Translations under genes and position numbers: made by a program
Shown here: positions 30,297-40,642 of the stretch, piece by piece
Numbering within the stretch: the stretch's first letter is position 1
Layout: each line of letters starts with the position of its first letter
Assembly (NCBI GenBank): GCA_963665095.1
Contig: OY762069.1
Coordinates: 384,001-448,000 of the forward strand
Direction of reading: 5' to 3'
From: an uncultured Desulfobacter sp.
GTDB lineage: Bacteria; Desulfobacterota; Desulfobacteria; Desulfobacterales; Desulfobacteraceae
DNA length: 64,000 bases
The notes under the pieces: generated by a model
Databases searched by the model: none
The model's input: the letters and a program-made list of their open reading frames with translations, nothing else
What the model was told of the DNA's origin: nothing

Positions 30297-31280
30297 TTAT
30301 TTATTCATTGTCTCCAGAACAGCAGCAACAACATTTTCCGGGCCTGGTTTAAAAATTTTTTCATGGCTGGATGCCACCGGCACCGGAATGTTGGGAGCGC
30401 CAACTCGTTTGACAGGACCTTTCAAATCGTAGAAAGCCTCCTCTGCCGCCATGGCAGCCAATTCCGCCCCAAAACCGCAAAAACGGCTGGCCTCATGTAC
30501 CACCACCAGGCGACCGGTTTTGCGAACCGATTCCAGAATACAGGTTTTGTCCAGAGGCACCAGAGACCGCAGGTCGATCACCTCACAGGATATCCCTTTC
30601 TCAGTTAAGGATTCCATCGCTTTCATGGCCGTATAAAGGGCCATGCCATAGGCCACCACGGTGCAGTCAGTACCCGCCGCAGCCACTCGGGCCTTACCCA
30701 GGGGCACACGGACGTCTCCATCCGGCACCTCTCCTTTCATCCTGTAAAGCATCATATCTTCCACCACAATGACCGGGTCCGGGTCAAAGATCGCACTGAG
30801 AAGGAGTCCTTTGGCATCTTCTGCTGTTGCCGGCCAGACAATTTTCAGGCCCGGACTGTGGGCAATCCACGCTTCTAAATTGTGAGAGTGCTGACTGCCG
30901 GCACCGAACCCGACACCGGCCTTGACCCTTACGGTCATTGGAAAGCTGGATTTGCCACCGCTCATATAGCGCAATTTTCCGGCGTGGTTGATCAGCATGT
31001 CACTGGCCAGAGTTATGAATGGGAAAAACATGATCTCCACAACCGGCCGCAGCCCCATACAGGAAGATCCCACAGCGAGCCCGGCGATGGCCGCCTCACT
31101 GACAGGGGTGTCTTTTACCCGGCGTGGTCCAAATTTATCCAGAAGACCGTAGGTTGGCATATTGGGGTCGAGGTGGATGGATACGCCGACCCCTTCACCG
31201 GCGATAAATACGGCGTCATCCATATCCATGGCAGTACAGAGCGCTTGGTTGATTGCATTTCCAAAAGTTTTCCGGCTCAT
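30297..31280 (-). CDS. TPP-dependent 2-oxoacid/acetoin dehydrogenase E1 beta subunit
   Basis: RVKDTPVSEAAIAG, QHS, EVIDLRSLVPLD, KTGRLVVVHE; start at MSRKT with GGAG RBS. Confidence 0.93.
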   Translation of the reverse strand: MSRKTFGNAINQALCTAMDMDDAVFIAGEGVGVSIHLDPNMPTYGLLDKFGPRRVKDTPVSEAAIAGLAVGSSCMGLRPVVEIMFFPFITLASDMLINHAGKLRYMSGGKSSFPMTVRVKAGVGFGAGSQHSHNLEAWIAHSPGLKIVWPATAEDAKGLLLSAIFDPDPVIVVEDMMLYRMKGEVPDGDVRVPLGKARVAAAGTDCTVVAYGMALYTAMKAMESLTEKGISCEVIDLRSLVPLDKTCILESVRKTGRLVVVHEASRFCGFGAELAAMAAEEAFYDLKGPVKRVGAPNIPVPVASSHEKIFKPGPENVVAAVLETMNK

Positions 31281-31293
31281 GGTGTGACTCCTT

Positions 31294-32280
31294 TCAAACG
31301 TTGAACGGTTTGACAAATACATCTGTCAAGATGGTGTCCGGTTCAGGAAACGGGCTGGCATCTCCAAAGGCCACAGCCGCCTCCACGCATGCTTCGGCAT
31401 TCTGTTCAATGGTTTTAATTTGGGCTTCATCCAGAATACCTGCGCTGAGGAGCGCCTGGCGATATCTTATTATGGGGCACTTGAGAGCCCAGACCTTCAG
31501 TTCTTCCGGATCCACATAATGCTGGTGGTCCTGCTCTCCATGTCCGCGCATCCGGTAGGTCCGGGTTTCCATAAAAGCGGGTCCCTTTCCCGAGCGGCAG
31601 TGTTCGAGCAGTTTAAGACTGTGCTGGTAGACCGCTTCTACATCATTGCCGTCCACACTTAGGCCGGGCATGCCATAGCCTTCGGCCCGTTTGTGGAGAT
31701 GACGCGCAGCGGAATGCTCCTCAGGTCGCTGGGCACCGGCCCATCCGTTGTTTTCGCAGATGAACAGAACCGGCAGCTTCCAAACGCCGGACAAATTCAT
31801 TGCTTCATGCACACTGCCTTCAGCGGCGGCACCGTCGCCAAAAAAAACCACCGTTACGCCCTTCAGTGCTTGATATTGCTGTGCAAAGGCAGACCCAACG
31901 GCCAGAGGCGGTCCTGCACCAACCACCGTAGAGGTCATCAGGGCATTGATTTCAGGCACAGCCAGATGCAGGGTACCGGCCTTGCCATGGTTGACGCCGT
32001 CGGCTTTGGCCATAATCTCGGCCATCAGCGAATTTAAGTCGGCACCTCTGGCTAACAGATGGCCGTGGCTGCGGTGATTGCTGATGATGATGTCCTCCGG
32101 TTCAAGGGCGGACACGACACCCGTGGCCACCGCTTCCTGTCCGTTGGCCAAAATCTGCATGCCCGGCAGCCGGTATGGTTCCCGGCTGAGGGCCACGATT
32201 TTATCCTCGAACTTCCGGATCAAAACCATGCTCGTGAAAAGGCCGACTTGAAAGTCTGCAGTTATTTGTTTTTCTTTCAT
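31294..32280 (-). CDS. TPP-dependent 2-oxoacid/acetoin dehydrogenase E1 alpha subunit
   Basis: GQEA, HRSHGH, GDGA...ENN TPP motif, TYRMRGH. Confidence 0.93.
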   Translation of the reverse strand: MKEKQITADFQVGLFTSMVLIRKFEDKIVALSREPYRLPGMQILANGQEAVATGVVSALEPEDIIISNHRSHGHLLARGADLNSLMAEIMAKADGVNHGKAGTLHLAVPEINALMTSTVVGAGPPLAVGSAFAQQYQALKGVTVVFFGDGAAAEGSVHEAMNLSGVWKLPVLFICENNGWAGAQRPEEHSAARHLHKRAEGYGMPGLSVDGNDVEAVYQHSLKLLEHCRSGKGPAFMETRTYRMRGHGEQDHQHYVDPEELKVWALKCPIIRYRQALLSAGILDEAQIKTIEQNAEACVEAAVAFGDASPFPEPDTILTDVFVKPFNV

Positions 32281-32564
32281 GGGGCTTTCTCCTTAAACAC
32301 TATTGGGTTGTTACCTGGGCAAGCGATTTGATGCTTTTTACGGGAGACGTGCCAAAGAGGCGGCGGTATTCCCGGCTGAACTGGGACGGGCTTTCATACC
32401 CCACTTCAAAGGACGCTGTCGCTGCATCCAGATTTTTTGTAAGCATGAGTATTCTGGCCTCTGTTGATCCGTAAGGCCATTCAGCCTGCCCCTTTCCCGT
32501 GCAGAGCTTGCATCTTTAAAACGTGATGGAGAACTTCACCGGGCGACAAAGAGAGCTTCCCGTG

Positions 32565-33035
32565 TCAACCCTTGGGGTCTTGTTTTTTCCCGTGTACCAG
32601 AAAGGCCTTTTTCAGGGCATCCTGGTAAAAGGCCATCAGGGTGGCAGAGGATACACCGATCATGAGGACACCGTTCATGGCTTCCAGGGGACCAAGCAGC
32701 CGGTGGCGCGCAGACATGACAATATCTCCGTAGCCCAGTGTGGTGAAATTGACTGCAGAATGATAGACAGCATCCTTGAACACGGTGAACTCTTTGAGAA
32801 CGTAAAACAGCAGCGCCCAGATAACCACCTGGGCGATATTGCCGATAACCAGAATCAGCATCACCCCGTTGATCACGCCCATGGTCGGCCAGAATGAGGC
32901 CTGCCGGATCCGGGGTTGATGGTGGCGATAAAACCGGAACGCCGCTATGACCAGAAGGGATTGCAGCAGCAGGCATACGCCCATAACCGGCAGTCCGCAC
33001 AGCAGATTTTTCAGCATAAAATTCTCATATATCAT
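32565..33035 (-). CDS. small potassium-channel (Ion_trans_2) domain protein
   Basis: FTTLGYGD selectivity filter flanked by TM helices; start uncertain. Confidence 0.88.
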   Translation of the reverse strand: MIYENFMLKNLLCGLPVMGVCLLLQSLLVIAAFRFYRHHQPRIRQASFWPTMGVINGVMLILVIGNIAQVVIWALLFYVLKEFTVFKDAVYHSAVNFTTLGYGDIVMSARHRLLGPLEAMNGVLMIGVSSATLMAFYQDALKKAFLVHGKKQDPKG

Positions 33036-33214
33036 TCTTTTCCTTTTCAGGGCGGTGTTTTTTAAGACTGCCGCCATAAACGAAAAAGAGTTAAAAAATA
33101 TCCGGGAGAATCAGGCAATAAAACAGCAGAAAAAGGCATTCAAAAATATTTTCCACGTTACTATTATGCTGTTGCATGAACAAAAAAACAACCTCTTAAA
33201 AAAGGGCGTGTCAA

Positions 33215-33904
33215 ATGAAAAGAAGTGTACTGGTGACAGGCGCCAATCTCGGCATCGGCCTGGCTGCGGCGCGCAGGCTTGCAGAACTTGGAAATGCCGT
33301 TATGATCGGCTCTCGTAATGGTGAAGATGGCGAACAGACAGCGCGTTCACTTTGCCGCCTTGATCTGGATGTATCCTTTGTCCAGATGGATCTCAATGAT
33401 CCCGGCTCCATTGACAGGGCGGTGAATACCCTGGCCGCCGGCGGTTTCAGGGTGGATGTTCTGGTGAACAATGCCGGGGTATTGTACCAGGCCCCTTTGC
33501 TGGCACTCACGGACAAACAGATTGAGGATTCAATTGCCACACACCTTGCCGGGCCGATCCGGCTCATTCGGGCACTGGTTCCGGAGATGATCAAACAGGG
33601 GTATGGAAGGATTGTAAATGTGTCATCCAACTGGGGATCCTTTGCACAGGGCATGGGCGGTCCCGGTGCTTATGGCGTGACCAAGGCGGCACTCAATGCG
33701 CTGACCCTCAGGCTTTCCAGAGAGCTGCCTGCCGTGGTGAAGGTAAATGCCGTGGACCCCGGGTGGGTCCGGTCACGCATGGGCGGCACAAGCGCCGAAA
33801 GGTCCGTGGAGAAAGGAGCTCAAACAGCTGTATGGCTTGCAACGCTGCCGGAAGACGGGCCCAGCGGCGGCTTTTTTAAGGATAAAAAACGGGTTGAATG
33901 GTAA
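33215..33904 (+). CDS. short-chain dehydrogenase/reductase
   Basis: [17 protein letters not shown] (YxxxK), PGWVRS.MGG. Confidence 0.93.
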   Translation: MKRSVLVTGANLGIGLAAARRLAELGNAVMIGSRNGEDGEQTARSLCRLDLDVSFVQMDLNDPGSIDRAVNTLAAGGFRVDVLVNNAGVLYQAPLLALTDKQIEDSIATHLAGPIRLIRALVPEMIKQGYGRIVNVSSNWGSFAQGMGGPGAYGVTKAALNALTLRLSRELPAVVKVNAVDPGWVRSRMGGTSAERSVEKGAQTAVWLATLPEDGPSGGFFKDKKRVEW

Positions 33905-34089
33905 TCACCCGGACATGGTGCCAAACGGTATCAAAACTGCTGTGTTCAAGTCTGGACCGGAACCACTGGTCTGCTGCCGGTATTCCTGTAATTCTTCATT
34001 GATAATGGCCTCTCAATGAAAAAATATTGTCCGGATCTTTTTTCAAAGCTGGAGACGCAGATGGCACCCAGTTTCCCTGCCTTGTAAGC

Positions 34090-34248
34090 CTCTTCCAGCG
34101 CCTGATGCTCACACAGCGCCTGGATGCCCTGAGCGCCGCATACGAAGTGGGCTATGAAAGCCCCTCACAGTTCAGCAGTGAATACAGACGGCTGTCCGGG
34201 GCGCCGTCCCTGCGGGATATCAATCGCTTAGGACTACAGATGAAATAA
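34090..34248 (+). pseudogene. C-terminal remnant of an AraC-family regulator
   Basis: [29 protein letters not shown] is the second AraC HTH; no N-terminal domain or credible start. Confidence 0.75.
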
Positions 34249-34374
34249 GTTGATCAAAATTGCGCCGAGCTTTGGCTCATATACAAGGCGCATGAAAGGT
34301 CTAATAGCAGGCCTATTCGGCCTTTTATGCAACGCCGTAGATGAGCCAAAGGGCAAGTAATTTTGGTCAAGTTA
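34246..34374. repeat. ~129-bp palindromic repeat, copy 3 (divergent stems)
   Basis: Outer TTGATCAAAATT/AATTTTGGTCAA, inner CTTTGGCTCAT/ATGAGCCAAAG; core CAAGGCG...CAACGCCG. Confidence 0.8.
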
Positions 34375-34408
34375 TAAAATTTGCAGTCCTTACGTGAGGT
34401 AACTTCAG

Positions 34409-35422
34409 TTAGTTGACGATATCGCCGGGATAGATATCCTCGGTGGAAGAGATTACCATGACAGTGGATATGTCTTCTTCGGTATGAAGAACAATGAGCC
34501 TGCCCAATGTTATAGGGGCGATGGGAAGATCTGTTTTGGGATCATAAACCGATCCGGTTTTATAAGGCCTTTTAATGGTGTAAATATTTCCAGGTTTAAT
34601 ACTGTCCTGGGAGCCCTTATTGATGAAGGCAATGCGATGGTCATTCAGAAAAATATTGTTATCCTCTGATCCTATAAGTGTGGCATCCACCGGGGCAGGG
34701 TACTCATCCACCAGCAGTGTGGTCGGCCGGGTGTAGTAATCCATGACCAGATTGCCGGCTTCAACGGCATTAAATGCGTTATCTATCCGGCCCACTGCAT
34801 AGTCTGAGTGGATCTGAATAATTTCTACGTCTGCCTTGATCAGATGAAGGTACCCTTTGACTTTGGACTTTACTTTGGATGTGGTGAAAATCTGGTATTT
34901 CCGGCCGGGAACCAGCGGTGTTCTGCCTGTAGGCTCGATATAAATAATGTCATTGGCAGACATCATAATATTTCCCTGCCTTTCGCCTACCACGGTTCCT
35001 AAGGCCGGCACCGGCTCTTTTTTGATGAAACCGATTTTATGAATATTGGGGCAGTTGAATTTTGTTTCCACCACAATTTTTTCCGGCTTTCGGGGTTGTT
35101 CCGGTTGCTCTGGAGGCGGTGGCTGCGTTTGATATTCAGGTTTGAGATACACCCGGATGGTATTTCCCGGATAGATCCAGTGAGGGTTTTTAATATCCTG
35201 GTTCATTTCCCACAGGCCTGGCCAGTCCCATTGAGAATTATAGAATTTCTTAGAAAGCCCCCAGAGGGTATCCCCTTTTTTAATAGTGTAGTAAAAGCCT
35301 GTATCCTGGTCTGTGTTAAATGTCTCCGGTGCTTCCTGACCCATAAGCGGGGCTGTGTTGAAAAAAATGAGGAAAAAAAGCACGGGTATTAGCGATAAAA
35401 CGAACCTTCGGTGAATTGGCAT
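34409..35422 (-). CDS. exported LysM peptidoglycan-binding protein
   Basis: Signal peptide; [27 protein letters not shown]. Confidence 0.92.
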   Translation of the reverse strand: MPIHRRFVLSLIPVLFFLIFFNTAPLMGQEAPETFNTDQDTGFYYTIKKGDTLWGLSKKFYNSQWDWPGLWEMNQDIKNPHWIYPGNTIRVYLKPEYQTQPPPPEQPEQPRKPEKIVVETKFNCPNIHKIGFIKKEPVPALGTVVGERQGNIMMSANDIIYIEPTGRTPLVPGRKYQIFTTSKVKSKVKGYLHLIKADVEIIQIHSDYAVGRIDNAFNAVEAGNLVMDYYTRPTTLLVDEYPAPVDATLIGSEDNNIFLNDHRIAFINKGSQDSIKPGNIYTIKRPYKTGSVYDPKTDLPIAPITLGRLIVLHTEEDISTVMVISSTEDIYPGDIVN

Positions 35423-35527
35423 GGGGCCTCCAATGGTATTGATCTGTGTATATCTTGACTTTATTTAAGCTACTGTTCTATAAAAAGTCAAGATTTGTTG
35501 CGTAAATCAAGAGAATTTGGATACGAA

Positions 35528-36079
35528 ATGACACGGATTGCCGACCTTTTATTTGAAGCCCGGATGCTTAAAGACCTGAACCGGACCGGTTACGCATTTT
35601 TAGGGGCAGGGCAGGAGAGTATTGCCGAACATAGTTTTACTACCGCTTTTTTATGTTTTGTCATGGCCCGGCTTGAACCGGATGTGAATGCTGAGAAACT
35701 GATATCCATGGCGTTGGTGCATGATACCGCCGAAGCCCGCACCGGGGATTTAAATTATGTGCATAAACATTACAATACCGTTGATGAGCCCCATGCTGTG
35801 TCAGATTTGATTCAGGGACTTGACTGGGCCGGTGATATCCCTGAACTCATTGAGGAGTTCAACAGGGGGGAGACAAAAGAGGCCTGCCTGGCCAACGACG
35901 CTGACCAGTTGTCCTTTATCCTTGAGCTTAAGAAGTTAAAGGATCTTGGGGCCACATCGCCGGAATCCTGGCTGCCCTTTGTACTGGACCGTCTGAAAAC
36001 CGACACCGGCAGACAGCTTGCCAAAGATATACTTGCCACCCGGTGGGATGAATGGTGGACCCGTGGGTACTCGGAGTAA
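35528..36079 (+). CDS. HD-domain phosphohydrolase (YfbR-like)
   Basis: R.G, ESIAEHS, LVHD.AEARTGD, DAD.L. Confidence 0.9.
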   Translation: MTRIADLLFEARMLKDLNRTGYAFLGAGQESIAEHSFTTAFLCFVMARLEPDVNAEKLISMALVHDTAEARTGDLNYVHKHYNTVDEPHAVSDLIQGLDWAGDIPELIEEFNRGETKEACLANDADQLSFILELKKLKDLGATSPESWLPFVLDRLKTDTGRQLAKDILATRWDEWWTRGYSE

Positions 36080-36104
36080 ACAACATAAATAAACTGGCTG
36101 ACCT

Positions 36105-37472
36105 ATGGCATCTCGTCTTTCCATTTTATATGTCGGATCCCGTTCACAGGAAGCGTTTCTTCCGGATGGCACCGGGGAGATTCTTTCCTGTGCAGAAACA
36201 CCACAACGTGCTGCTGCTTTGAAACAGCGACCGGATATTGTGCTCATGGATCCCTTTGAGGACGGCGAAGTCGTCTCCACTGACAAAGCCCGCTCATGGT
36301 TTGATGCGTTTGCTTCCCATACCTTTAAATATGCGCCGGCCATTTTTGTTATGGTGCCCCGGGAAACTGAAAAAAAAATCCGGATGGATCTTATGGCTTC
36401 CGGAGCGGATCAGGTGGTTGACCAGCTTTTATGTCTGGATGAGATTTACCTTAACGCCAGAGTTTTTCAGGAAAAGATTTATCTTGAGCAGGCCCTTTCC
36501 TCGAAAAATACGTCTCTTGAAAAATCGTTTGGGTATCTGGACCGGTTCAAAGGCGAATTAAAAGTAGTAAAAGAGGAACTTTTTGAAGATAAGCGTAGTC
36601 TGAATACAGCCTTAAAGCAGATTCAGCAGATGGCCGAAGAACGGAAGCGCCTGAAAGAAGGCTTGGGCAAGGCAAAAAAACAGCTGACTTCAGACATGGA
36701 AGGATTTGCCAGTATTCTTTATACGTTGATCCGCCAGCGGGTGGAAAAAAATCGCGGCCATGGGGAACGGGTGGCAGCCATTGCCCGTTTCATCGCCAAA
36801 CAGATGGGCTTGTCTCAAAATAAGTTGGAGGATCTTTCAAAAGCTGGTATGCTTCATGAAACCGGGCTTCTTTTCCTTTCAGAAGAACAATTGTCAGAAA
36901 GCGTTGGCAGTGGAATAGGCGAGGGTATTTCGTCCTCCAGTATTCCTGCTGCATATGATCAGACGCTTATGGTCCAATTTCCCGTTAAAGGCGCTGAACT
37001 GTTAGAAAAATGCCAGGGCTTTGAGGGACCGGCTGCCATTATTCGGAGCCTGAACGAAAATTGTGACGGCACAGGATATCCGGACGGACTCAAGCGCCAT
37101 CATATTCCCTTGGAATCACGGATTCTGGCCGGAGCTGATGAACTCGAATCCTTGAGAGAGAAAAACAGGTCCAATGATATTCGGGATCTGCTTTCAGGGC
37201 TTGAGCCCTTAAGCGGGAGCCGTATTGATCCGATAATTTCAGGATGGCTTGAGAAGTATGTTGTACTTCATTTAAGTGGTGAAACGTTGAAAGTGCGGGG
37301 CGTAGGGATAGAATCGCTCACCCCTGGAATGGAACTGGGTGCGACATTATTTACAAAAACCGGCACCAAGCTGTTTTCCGCCAATACGGTTCTGACCCGC
37401 CAGGCCATTGATAAAATCATCCAATACCACAGGGCATATCCTGTGGATGAAACTGTTTATGTAAAGGTGTAG
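36105..37472 (+). CDS. degenerate HD-GYP domain protein with receiver-like N-terminus and coiled coil
   Basis: HGERVA, MLHETG, ENCDGTGYPDGL, IPLESRILA.AD. Confidence 0.8.
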   Translation: MASRLSILYVGSRSQEAFLPDGTGEILSCAETPQRAAALKQRPDIVLMDPFEDGEVVSTDKARSWFDAFASHTFKYAPAIFVMVPRETEKKIRMDLMASGADQVVDQLLCLDEIYLNARVFQEKIYLEQALSSKNTSLEKSFGYLDRFKGELKVVKEELFEDKRSLNTALKQIQQMAEERKRLKEGLGKAKKQLTSDMEGFASILYTLIRQRVEKNRGHGERVAAIARFIAKQMGLSQNKLEDLSKAGMLHETGLLFLSEEQLSESVGSGIGEGISSSSIPAAYDQTLMVQFPVKGAELLEKCQGFEGPAAIIRSLNENCDGTGYPDGLKRHHIPLESRILAGADELESLREKNRSNDIRDLLSGLEPLSGSRIDPIISGWLEKYVVLHLSGETLKVRGVGIESLTPGMELGATLFTKTGTKLFSANTVLTRQAIDKIIQYHRAYPVDETVYVKV

Positions 37473-37477
37473 CGTAT

Positions 37478-38236
37478 ATGGACATTTCTTCGGTCATCGG
37501 GGTTGTTTCCGGGATAGGGTTTGTGCTGGGTACCATTCTCATGGGGGGCAGCATCATGATGTTTGTCAATATGCCCTCCCTTCTCATTGTTGTGGGAGGT
37601 ACGGTTGCAGCTGTCATGATTGGCTATCCCTTGGGCGATGTATTAGGTATTTTTAAAATATCCATCAAGGTGTTCATGTTTAAGATTGAAAAAGCGGAAG
37701 ATATCATTGCCAATTTAACGGAGATTTCCAATAAAGCCAGAAAAGGCGGTCTTCTGTCTATTGAGGGGGATATACAGAGTACCCCAGATCCCTATCTTGC
37801 CTCAGCCCTGCAGATGACCGTGGACGGTGTCAAGACCGAAGATATTGCCCAGATCATGCAGAAAAAGATGGATCTGACCAAGAAAAATCTGGATGTCGGC
37901 GCCAATGTGCTGGCCAGTATGGCGGCATATGCACCGGCCTTTGGTATGATCGGCACCCTGATCGGTCTTGTGCAGATGCTGGCCAACCTGGATGATCCTT
38001 CCACCATCGGTCCTAAAATGGCGGTGGCCATGATTACCACCTTTTACGGGGCCGTGATGGCCAACCTGTTTTTTATTCCCATGAGCGATAAGCTCAATGG
38101 CCGCACCGAAGCAGAGATTACAAACATGAATATTATATATGAAGGAATATTATCCATCCGGGAGGGAGAACATCCCAAACTCATGGAGGATAAACTTAAA
38201 GTCTATCTGGCTGATTCAGGCAAGGAAGAAAAATAG
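37478..38236 (+). CDS. motA: flagellar stator A subunit (MotA/PomA)
   Basis: PSLLIVVGGT, ARKGGLLSIE, APAFGMIGTLIGLVQML, MAVAMITTFYG. Confidence 0.95.
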   Translation: MDISSVIGVVSGIGFVLGTILMGGSIMMFVNMPSLLIVVGGTVAAVMIGYPLGDVLGIFKISIKVFMFKIEKAEDIIANLTEISNKARKGGLLSIEGDIQSTPDPYLASALQMTVDGVKTEDIAQIMQKKMDLTKKNLDVGANVLASMAAYAPAFGMIGTLIGLVQMLANLDDPSTIGPKMAVAMITTFYGAVMANLFFIPMSDKLNGRTEAEITNMNIIYEGILSIREGEHPKLMEDKLKVYLADSGKEEK

Positions 38237-38267
38237 GTAATACCTACTTAACAAGAGGACCCAAGGC

Positions 38268-39077
38268 ATGGCTGAAAACGGCGAAGACTCAGGCGGCGGA
38301 AAACAGCAGGTCGTCAAAGAAGAGGTTATCAATGTCACGGAAGGGGCACCGGCATGGATGGCAACCTTTGCAGATCTTGTGACGCTTTTGATGTGCTTTT
38401 TCGTCCTCCTGTTCGCCATGAGTACTACCCAGCAGGAAACATATAAGGAGATGGTCCAGTCCCTCAGGAGTGCTTTAGGCGCCCAGTCCGTACCTGAGTC
38501 CGGCACCCGGGAAGGGTTGACCATGCATCCGGTACCATCGGAAAAACCATCGGAAAGCCAGGCCATTGACGAGCTGGGCGGAATGATTGAAAAGGAGATG
38601 GACGATATTGTCTCTGAGGTGCGGGAACTGGTTCTTTTCAATAAACTGGGCGGGGAGGTCAGTGTCACCAAAACAGAAGCTGGCGTTGTCATCACCATGT
38701 CCGACCTTCTGCTGTTTGCCGAAGGGGGCACCAGACTGTCTCCCAAGGGTATGGAGATACTTGAAAAGGTGGCGGCCGTCCTGTCGAAACTTGCCTACCA
38801 TGTCAAGGTTAAAGGGCATACGGATTCTGACCCCATTTCCTCTTCGTTATATCCCTCCAACTGGGAACTGTCATCTGCCAGGGCCTCTACCGTGGTGCGC
38901 CTGCTGGTGAAAAACGGGGTGCCGCCATTCTATATCTCTGCCGAGGGCTATGCCCAGTATCACCCGGTGGCAACCAATGACACGGCCCAGGGACGGGCCA
39001 GGAACCGGCGGGTAGAGATTGTTTATGAGCGGGACAGTATAGCCAGACAGTTTGCCGACATGGCAAACAAAAAATAG
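38268..39077 (+). CDS. motB: flagellar stator B subunit (MotB/PomB)
   Basis: WMATFADLVTLLMCFFVLL; OmpA-like GHTD, NWELSSARA, NRRVEI. Confidence 0.95.
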   Translation: MAENGEDSGGGKQQVVKEEVINVTEGAPAWMATFADLVTLLMCFFVLLFAMSTTQQETYKEMVQSLRSALGAQSVPESGTREGLTMHPVPSEKPSESQAIDELGGMIEKEMDDIVSEVRELVLFNKLGGEVSVTKTEAGVVITMSDLLLFAEGGTRLSPKGMEILEKVAAVLSKLAYHVKVKGHTDSDPISSSLYPSNWELSSARASTVVRLLVKNGVPPFYISAEGYAQYHPVATNDTAQGRARNRRVEIVYERDSIARQFADMANKK

Positions 39078-39205
39078 GAAAAACGCGTTTTTTTGTTCGT
39101 GTTCGGCGTTGGATGACAATTTTAATTCTCGGAATACTTAATGTATGCCTGTTGTTAAAATTATCATCCGCCTTGAACACGAACAAAATACCGCGTTTTT
39201 CTCCT
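39075..39205. repeat. ~130-bp palindromic repeat, copy 4 (divergent stems)
   Basis: AAAAACGCG..TTTTGTTCGTGTTC pairs with GAACACGAACAAAA..CGCGTTTTT; core CGGCGTTG...CGCCTTG. Confidence 0.8.
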
Positions 39206-39230
39206 AAAGCCCTGGAAAATTTTTAAATAG

Positions 39231-39267
39231 ATTATTGCAGTAAAATTATTGCAGTAAAATTATTGCA
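39231..39267. repeat. short tandem repeat (ATTATTGCAGTAAA) x2.6
   Basis: Two exact 14-bp units plus a 9-bp partial unit, no spacers. Confidence 0.85.
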
Positions 39268-39278
39268 ATTGATCGTTA

Positions 39279-39704
39279 TTAACGGTTAAACGCCTGGTCC
39301 AGCTTCTCTTTTTCCATGGCAGCAATGCGGGAAATGTCTTTATGGGGGATGCCCTTTTTTATGCCAGGGCAGGAGTTGGCCATGATGTCCCAGTTCTCAG
39401 GATGATGGATCAACGCCTTGATAAACGGCCAGGCCCGGCACATATAGGGTTTGACCGGATGGATGGTGCATTGCTTTTCAGTGTCAAAGAAGATGCAGCA
39501 CCCGTCAGTCCCCAGGGTGAGTACCGGCCGTGAGCCGGACATGTCGCAGTATTCCTTAATAAATGTATCTGGATCTGCTTTAATATAATCACAGATTTTC
39601 CTGATATCTTCGGCATCCACATAGGTGCCCCCAAACCCTTTACAGCACTGGCCGCAAAGCGTGCAGTCAAACATGTCGGCTGCCGTGAGTGTGTCAGACC
39701 CCAT
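39279..39704 (-). CDS. YkgJ family cysteine-cluster protein
   Basis: FDCTLCGQCC, CIFF...CTIHPVKPYMCRAWPF. Confidence 0.9.
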   Translation of the reverse strand: MGSDTLTAADMFDCTLCGQCCKGFGGTYVDAEDIRKICDYIKADPDTFIKEYCDMSGSRPVLTLGTDGCCIFFDTEKQCTIHPVKPYMCRAWPFIKALIHHPENWDIMANSCPGIKKGIPHKDISRIAAMEKEKLDQAFNR

Positions 39705-40293
39705 ATCGTTTTTCCATGGCCTTTTGCATGGTCAAAGGATCCACGTACTGCAGATCCCCGCCCATGGGTATACCCGATGCAATCCGGGTGATGGTTATCC
39801 GGGTATGTTCCAGTTTTTTACGGATATAAGCGGCTGTGGCCTCACCTTCCACATTGGTGCGGGTGGCCAGAATGATCTCTTTTACATCCGGTTTTTTTGC
39901 CCGTATGAACAGTTCGGAAAGCCGGATATCATCCGGTCCGATGCCGTCAATGGGAGACAAAGCCCCGCCAAGAATGTGATACACCCCTGAAAACCCTGCG
40001 GATTTTTCTATGGCTGCCATATCTGTGGGGCTCTCCACCACGCAGATCACGCTTTTGTCCCGGGCAGGGTTTGCACAGATCCAGCAGGTATCCCTGTCTG
40101 TAAGCGCAAAACAGGCGGTGCATAACCGGACGCTTTTTTTGACTTCCAGGATATCTGCAGCAAGTGCGGCTGCTTCATGGGCCGGCGCGTGCAGAATGTG
40201 AAGCGCCAGCCGTTCTGCGGTTTTTTTGCCGATTCCCGGCAGGGTGGACAGGGAATGGATCAGCTTGATAATGGCTTCAGGATAGTGATTCAC
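39694..40293 (-). CDS. recR: recombination mediator RecR
   Basis: LPGIGKKTAERLA, Cys4 Zn finger, ICVVE, TNVEGEATA, GIPMGGDL.YVD. Confidence 0.97.
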   Translation of the reverse strand: MNHYPEAIIKLIHSLSTLPGIGKKTAERLALHILHAPAHEAAALAADILEVKKSVRLCTACFALTDRDTCWICANPARDKSVICVVESPTDMAAIEKSAGFSGVYHILGGALSPIDGIGPDDIRLSELFIRAKKPDVKEIILATRTNVEGEATAAYIRKKLEHTRITITRIASGIPMGGDLQYVDPLTMQKAMEKRYGV

Positions 40294-40312
40294 GTCAGAC
40301 AGCTAAATGAAA

Positions 40313-40621
40313 TTACAGGCCAGGAATGTTCAATCCGCCGGTCAGTTTCCCCATTTCATCGGAAACCATTTTCTGGGCACGGCTCAGGGCATCGTTTACC
40401 GCAGCAAGAATCAGATCCTGGAGCATTTCAAGATCGTCAGGATCCACCACTTCTTTTTCAAGAATAATGGATTCAATTTTTTGTCCGCCATTGGCAACCA
40501 CCTTGACCATGCCGCCGCCTGCGGTGGCCTCAACGGTTTTGACGGCCAGTTCCTCCTGGGCTTTGAGCATTTTTTTTTGCAGTTTCTGGGCCTGTTTCAT
40601 CATGTTGTTCATATTTCTCAT
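40313..40621 (-). CDS. ybaB: YbaB/EbfC nucleoid-associated protein
   Basis: [29 protein letters not shown]; dnaX-ybaB-recR order. Confidence 0.96.
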   Translation of the reverse strand: MRNMNNMMKQAQKLQKKMLKAQEELAVKTVEATAGGGMVKVVANGGQKIESIILEKEVVDPDDLEMLQDLILAAVNDALSRAQKMVSDEMGKLTGGLNIPGL

Positions 40622-40642
40622 GGGGATTTCTCCTTATGGGTG

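Noticed and set aside
37478..39077. motAB as a Zorya anti-phage ZorAB pair
   Set aside because: MotA is normal length with no long ZorA tail, motifs are typical of flagellar stators, and no zorC/D/E genes are adjacent
39231..39267. Possible CRISPR array
   Set aside because: 14-bp head-to-tail units with no spacers and no cas genes; a simple tandem duplication
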